From Macrostomum hystrix (lineage: Eukaryota; Animalia; Platyhelminthes), in NCBI GenBank assembly GCA_950097015.1, contig CATNEN010000008.1, positions 868,001-932,000 of the forward strand: a stretch of 64,000 nt of DNA. Reading direction: 5' to 3'. Position numbers and translations under genes: made by a program. Under the pieces are notes generated by a model. The model was not told where the DNA came from. It saw only the letters and a list, made by a program, of their open reading frames with translations, and searched no databases. Shown here in pieces: positions 57,953 to 64,000 of this stretch; positions within the stretch are counted from its first letter, which is position 1, and each line of letters starts with the position of its first letter.

Positions 57953-59256
57953 TGACGCTGCTGCTGTTGCTTATTTGATAGTTGCTCTGCTTCACTTTTA
58001 GGTCCGCTCTTGTTTCGCGGTGACCAAGGGTCATTAGCGCTCAAATGTACAGCTGTGCCCAACTGTGCTCCACCGTAGGCAGAGCTCTGCACCGCGCGCG
58101 CACCTTCACCCCACTCCGCGGCTGCGTGAAAACCCCAGTGGGCGTGGAGTGACGAGTCCCGCTGACCTGCCGAGGAGTGAAAGGCTTTGTGCCGCTCTGG
58201 CGGAGGCGGGTGGGGCAGCCTTCTGCGTCTCGCCGAGGGTGGACCCTCCCCCTCCTCCGCCGCTGCCGAGTCCGAGTCCGCCTCACCCTCCGCTTGCGGT
58301 CTCCGCTCAGCCTGTTGGACCGCTGCCATGGCTGGGGATGGCCAATAAGCTGACACCTGCGGTGCTGCCCGTGTCGACATCTGAAGCTGCAGCTGCAACA
58401 GGATTTCGGCGGCCTCGTCTTTTTCAGAATCCTTCTGAGACGCCGCAGGCACCGACGGCATTCGCTGGGACTCCGACTGCTCCGGCTCCGTCTCAGTGCG
58501 ACTTCCGTCTGAGCGGTGCGCCCGCCTCTGTGGCCTCAGGGGATCTCGCGGCGGACCGCGGAGCCGTTCAAAGCTGGCCAGCTCGCCGTTGGGATGCTGC
58601 AACAACGCCACAGGCAGGAAAGCCTCAGCATCAGCCTCTGCCGAGGATGAGGCCTGGCGATGTCGATCAATTGGCGCAGCGGAGGTGGAGCGCGATCTAG
58701 ACGGCGACGACATTCGGCTTTGCCGGCTTCGCTGACGGCTTCGTCGTCGAGGTGTCGATTCTCCAGAGGACACGGTGGTGCGGGAGCGCGAGTCGATCAC
58801 TTTTATCTTTCGCATTCTGCTGAAACGGCTACTGCCAGCCGCACCTTCGAGGGAGACGGCTCCTGCGCCTTCCTCTGCGGTGGCTGTGGCGACCGACATG
58901 GAGATCGCGAAACCAGCGGAAGCACGTAAGGAGTCTTTAGTGTTCAAATTTCTGCCGCCAGCACCGTCGCCACCGCAGCCGGAAGCGACGTCAGGTGGTT
59001 GCAGCTTCTCGCTGATCTGGCGCCCGATGTCGCTGAGCTGCTCCAGGTAGCGCCGCCGATCCTCCTGGCGCTGATTGTCCCGCTCCAGGGTGTCGCCCAA
59101 GCTTGAACTCAGTTCAGCAGCGTCTGGATCTTCAGCGTCCGCTGGCAGGTTGCCGCGGTAGATAGCGTCCAACTGTGAGGAGGCCACACTGCTGGCTGAT
59201 GGGCTGTGAGGACGGCTACTGCTTGTGGCAGCAGCTTCCTGCTGACTTACAGCCAT
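51418..59256 (-). CDS. Large low-complexity (Q/H/P/S-rich) protein, at least 3 exons, ~1730 aa; possibly LMO7/LIMCH1/Smallish-related
   Basis: Exons 59256-55070 (start uncertain), 54912-54674 and 52187-51418 total 5196 nt. Donors GTACAG and GTAAGG; acceptors ttcttccatttcag and ttttattctctgcaacctag; phases match (2, 1). Conserved-looking islands are ELEGLCRTMQLEDDDLLDGADRHD and HRGAFPDRELDDQARRL. Confidence 0.7.
52442..52670 (+). mobile_element. SINE copy F (internal deletions)
   Basis: gcggcagagcag A-box-like, agctcgattcc B-box-like, and a body ending at gggcagaattgcc. Confidence 0.75.
53690..54017 (+). mobile_element. SINE copy G (degenerate head)
   Basis: ccctgaactcgattc B-box-like, full body, and an aatattattat tail. 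Confidence 0.78.
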
Positions 59257-60142
59257 CGGGCAGACTTTGGAGGCGCAGCTGGTGGCGGAAGCCGTTCAAC
59301 TGCGAGTCGAGGCAGGGTTGGGTTTGAAACGAGTTGAGTTGAGTCTAGATGAGAACTTTTTTTAGAAATGGCGGTGTACCACACCGTGGATAGCGAATGC
59401 CCCAGTCAGTCACTTCGCTTGCTAACACTTCTGGTCTCTTGAATCTAGCCCTTCAACTGCTTCTTTTCTGGTCAAGCAGACCGCCCACCCCTCCAAATGT
59501 TCCTCCCTCAACAACCTTTGGACGCGCGACGCCATAAGTGCTCGGGTCTCTGAGCCAGGCTTGTTCTGTGCACCTCGCTTTTGCGTACCTAAAGTTGGCA
59601 CACAGCGCCCCAGCACAAGAGCGAGAATGTTAAACTTGTAGGCAAAGAGCGATTGACTGGGTGAGCCGAGCTTTAGAAACTCATTAATTGGACTCGCATG
59701 CGTGCTTTCTCTTCAGAGTAAATGAGAAGTAAGAGAGTAAAAGAACTTTGCCATGCCATATTTTTCGTATATTTAATAAACCCCCTTTTGTGGTCTAGCT
59801 TTTCATGATAGAGTTACATACTAGTATTTAGAGCTGTACGACGGTGTGGGGTAACATGGTTAGCTATGTACAGACTTTGATGAGACAGAAATATGAATTT
59901 TCTGTTAGCAGTTTTGTTGCAAGGCCATGCTTTCTCAGCTAAATGCTTCTATTTGAGTATAATAAGTAGAATAATGCTTCTACCTACGCGAAAAAGTCAT
60001 TTGAGGGGCGCTTTGCAAGTTTGCCGCTCAAAATTTGAAACAGAAAAACTATTTTAAGGGCTGGCAAGCTGGAAAAAATACGTCCTAGAAGCGTCACAAG
60101 CTCACATCAATACCGCAGTCTGAACTGCGAGATGATAAAATT

Positions 60143-63100
60143 GAACCATCACAAGATTGAACCATCTCAATATTAAACAATCACAAGATTGAACCAACTC
60201 AAGATTGAACCATCTCAAGATTGAACCATCTCAAGATTGAACCATCTCAAGATTGAACCATCTCAAGATTGAACCATCACAAGATTGAACCAACTCAAGA
60301 TTGAACCATCTCAAGATTGAACCATCTCAAGATTGAACCATCTCAAGATTGAACCATCTCAAGATTGAACCATCTCAAGATTGAACCATCTCAAGATTGA
60401 ACCATCTCAAGATTGAACCATCTCAAGATTGAACCATCTCAAGATTGAACCATCTCAAGATTGAACCATCTCAAGATTGAACCATCTCAAGATTGAACCA
60501 TCTCAAGATTGAACCATCACAAGATTGAACCATCACAAGATTGAACCATCTCAAGATTGAACAATCTCAAGGTTGAACCATCACAAACTCGAACCATCTC
60601 AAGATTGAACCATCTCAAGATTAAACCATCTCAAGATTGAACCATCTCAAGATTAAACCATCTCAAGATTGAACAATCTCAAGGTTAAACCATCACAAAC
60701 TTAAACCATCTCAAGATTGAAACCTCACATGATCGAAACATCCCAAGATTGAATTATCACAAGATTGAACCATCACAAGATTGAAGCATCAAGATTAAAA
60801 TATCTTAAGCATCGAACCATCACAAACTTGAAACATGACATGATTGAAACATCACAAACTTGGAATGTCACATGATTGAAACATCACAAACTTGAACCAT
60901 TACAGGATCGAAATAGCACAAGATTGAAGCATGACGTCAAGATTAATGCCTTTGAATCTCCAATTCTCAAGATTGAACCATCTCAAGATTGAACCATCTC
61001 AAGATTGAACCATCACAAGATTGAACCATCACAAGATTGAACCATCACAAACTTGAACCATCTCAAGATTGAAACATCACAAGATTGAACCATCACAAGA
61101 TTGAACCATCTCAAGATTGAACCATCACAAGATTGAACCATCTCAAGATTGAACCATCACAAGATTGAACCATCTCAAGATTGAACCATCTCAAGATTGA
61201 ACCATCTCAAGATTGAACCATCTCAAGATTGAACCATCTCAAGATTGAACCATCACAAGATTGAACCATCACAAGATTGAACCATCTCAAGATTGAACCA
61301 TCACAAGATTGAACCATCACAAGATTGAACCATCTCAAGATTGAACCATCACAAGATGGTACAATCTCAAGATTGAACCATCACAAGATTGAACCATCTT
61401 AAGATTGAACCATCTCAAGGTTGAACCATCACAAACTTGAACCATCACAAGATTGAACCATCACAAGATTGAACCATCTCAAGATTGAACAATCTCAAAC
61501 TTGAACCATCTTAAGATTGAAACCTCACATGATCGAAACATCCCAAGATTGAATTATCACAAGATTGAACCATCTCAAGATTGAACAATCTCAAGGTTGA
61601 ACCATCACAAACTTGAACCATCACAAGATTGAACCATCTCAAGATTGAACAATCTCAAGGTTGAACCATCTCAAGATTGAACCATCTCAAGATTGAACCA
61701 TCACAAGATTGAACCATCACAAGATTGAACCATCACAAACTTGAACCATCTCAAGATTGAAACATCACAAGATTGAACCATCACAAGATTGAACCATCTC
61801 AAGATTGAACCATCACAAGATTGAACCATCTCAAGATTGAACCATCACAAGATTGAACCATCTCAAGATTGAACCATCTCAAGATTGAACCATCTCAAGA
61901 TTGAACCATCTCAAGATTGAACCATCTCAAGATTGAACCATCACAAGATTGAACCATCACAAGATTGAACCATCTCAAGATTGAACCATCACAAGATTGA
62001 ACCATCACAAGATTGAACCATCTCAAGATTGAACCATCACAAGATGGTACAATCTCAAGATTGAACCATCACAAGATTGAACCATCTTAAGATTGAACCA
62101 TCTCAAGGTTGAACCATCACAAACTTGAACCATCACAAGATTGAACCATCACAAGATTGAACCATCTCAAGATTGAACAATCTCAAACTTGAACCATCTT
62201 AAGATTGAAACCTCACATGATCGAAACATCCCAAGATTGAATTATCACAAGATTGAACCATCTCAAGATTGAACAATCTCAAGGTTGAACCATCACAAAC
62301 TTGAACCATCACAAGATTGAACCATCTCAAGATTGAACAATCTCAAGGTTGAACCATCTCAAGATTGAACCATCTCAAGATTGAACAATCTCAAGGTTGA
62401 ACCATCACAAACTTGAACCATCACAAGATTGAACCATCACAAGATTGAACCATCTCAAGATTGAACAATCTCAAGGTTGAACCATCTCAAGATTGAACCA
62501 TCACAAGATTGAACCATCACAAACTTGAACCATCACAAGATTGAACCAACTCAAGATTGAACCATCTCAAGATTGAAACCTCACAAGATTGAACCATCTC
62601 AAGATTGAACCATCACAAGATTGAACCATCACAAACTTGAACCATCACAAGATTGAACCAACTCAAACTTGAACCATCACAAGATTGAAACCTCACATGA
62701 TCGAAACATCCCAAGATTGAATTATCACAAGATTGAACCATCTCAAGATTGAAACCTCACATGATCGAAACATCCCAAGATTGAATTATCACAAGATTGA
62801 ACCATCACAAGATTGAACCATCACAAGATTGAACCATCTCAAGATTGAACCATCACAAGATTGAACCATCTCAAGATTGAACCATCTCAAGATTGAACCA
62901 TCTCAAGATTGAACCATCTCAAGATTGAACCATCTCAAGATTGAACCATCTCAAGATTGAACCATCACAAGATTGAACCATCACAAGATTGAACCATCTC
63001 AAGATTGAACAATCTCAAGGTTGAACCATCACAAACTCGAACCATCTCAAGATTGAACCATCTCAAGATTAAACCATCTCAAGATTGAACCATCTCAAGA

Positions 63101-64000
63101 TTAAACCATCTCAAGATTGAACAATCTCAAGGTTAAACCATCACAAACTTAAACCATCTCAAGATTGAAACCTCACATGATCGAAACATCCCAAGATTGA
63201 ATTATCACAAGATTGAACCATCACAAGATTGAAGCATCAAGATTAAAATATCTTAAGCATCGAACCATCACAAACTTGAAACATGACATGATTGAAACAT
63301 CACAAACTTGGAATGTCACATGATTGAAACATCACAAACTTGAACCATTACAGGATCGAAATAGCACAAGATTGAAGCATGACGTCAAGATTAATGCCTT
63401 TGAATCTCCAATTCTCAAGATTGAACCATCTCAAGATTGAACCATCTCAAGATTGAACCATCACAAGATTGAACCATCACAAGATTGAACCATCACAAAC
63501 TTGAACCATCTCAAGATTGAAACATCACAAGATTGAACCATCACAAGATTGAACCATCTCAAGATTGAACCATCACAAGATTGAACCATCTCAAGATTGA
63601 ACCATCACAAGATTGAACCATCTCAAGATTGAACCATCTCAAGATTGAACCATCTCAAGATTGAACCATCTCAAGATTGAACCATCTCAAGATTGAACCA
63701 TCACAAGATTGAACCATCACAAGATTGAACCATCTCAAGATTGAACCATCACAAGATTGAACCATCACAAGATTGAACCATCTCAAGATTGAACCATCAC
63801 AAGATGGTACAATCTCAAGATTGAACCATCACAAGATTGAACCATCTTAAGATTGAACCATCTCAAGATTGAACCATCTCAAGATTGAACCATCTCAAGA
63901 TTGAACCATCTCAAGATTGAACCATCTCAAGATTGAACCATCTCAAGATTGAACCATCTCAAGATTGAACCATCTCAAGATTGAACCATCTCAAGATTGA
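60143..64000. repeat. 16-bp satellite (aagattgaaccatctc)n with higher-order duplications (runs off the window end)
   Basis: Period 16 with tctc/tcac variants. Diagnostic variants recur at offsets of 688 and 2448 bp. Confidence 0.97.

Overview
This is eukaryotic (animal) genomic DNA. Spliceosomal introns, CAG/poly-Q-rich exons and dense minisatellites resemble a flatworm such as Macrostomum, but that is inference and was not tested. I reconstructed these genes by hand with phase-consistent splice sites: (1) a 3-exon unc-4/Uncx homeobox gene (7938-13968, +); (2) a compact Lunapark-like 2-TM + zinc-ribbon gene (17512-18086, -); (3) a secreted F-type-lectin/F5-8C-like gene with two lesions (20334-21115, +); (4) a 7-exon BTB-BACK-Kelch gene (40880-45310, -); (5) an intronless rhodopsin-class GPCR (47400-48533, -); (6) a large low-complexity gene with a ~4.2 kb exon (51418-59256, -). 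Mobile DNA comprises a young full-length Ty3/Gypsy element (21424-28232; LTRs identical by eye, TAAC TSD, a -1 gag/pol slippery site, and a second +1 break inside gag), two hAT derivatives with 8-bp TSDs, a decayed hAT MITE, a TA-flanked MITE, and seven copies of a tRNA-headed SINE. Roughly a third of the window is tandem repeat (units of 15-70 bp), and several arrays are related or show higher-order structure. There is no CRISPR array, rRNA gene or bona fide tRNA gene. All alignments and identities were done by eye, and single-base frameshifts could be assembly errors.
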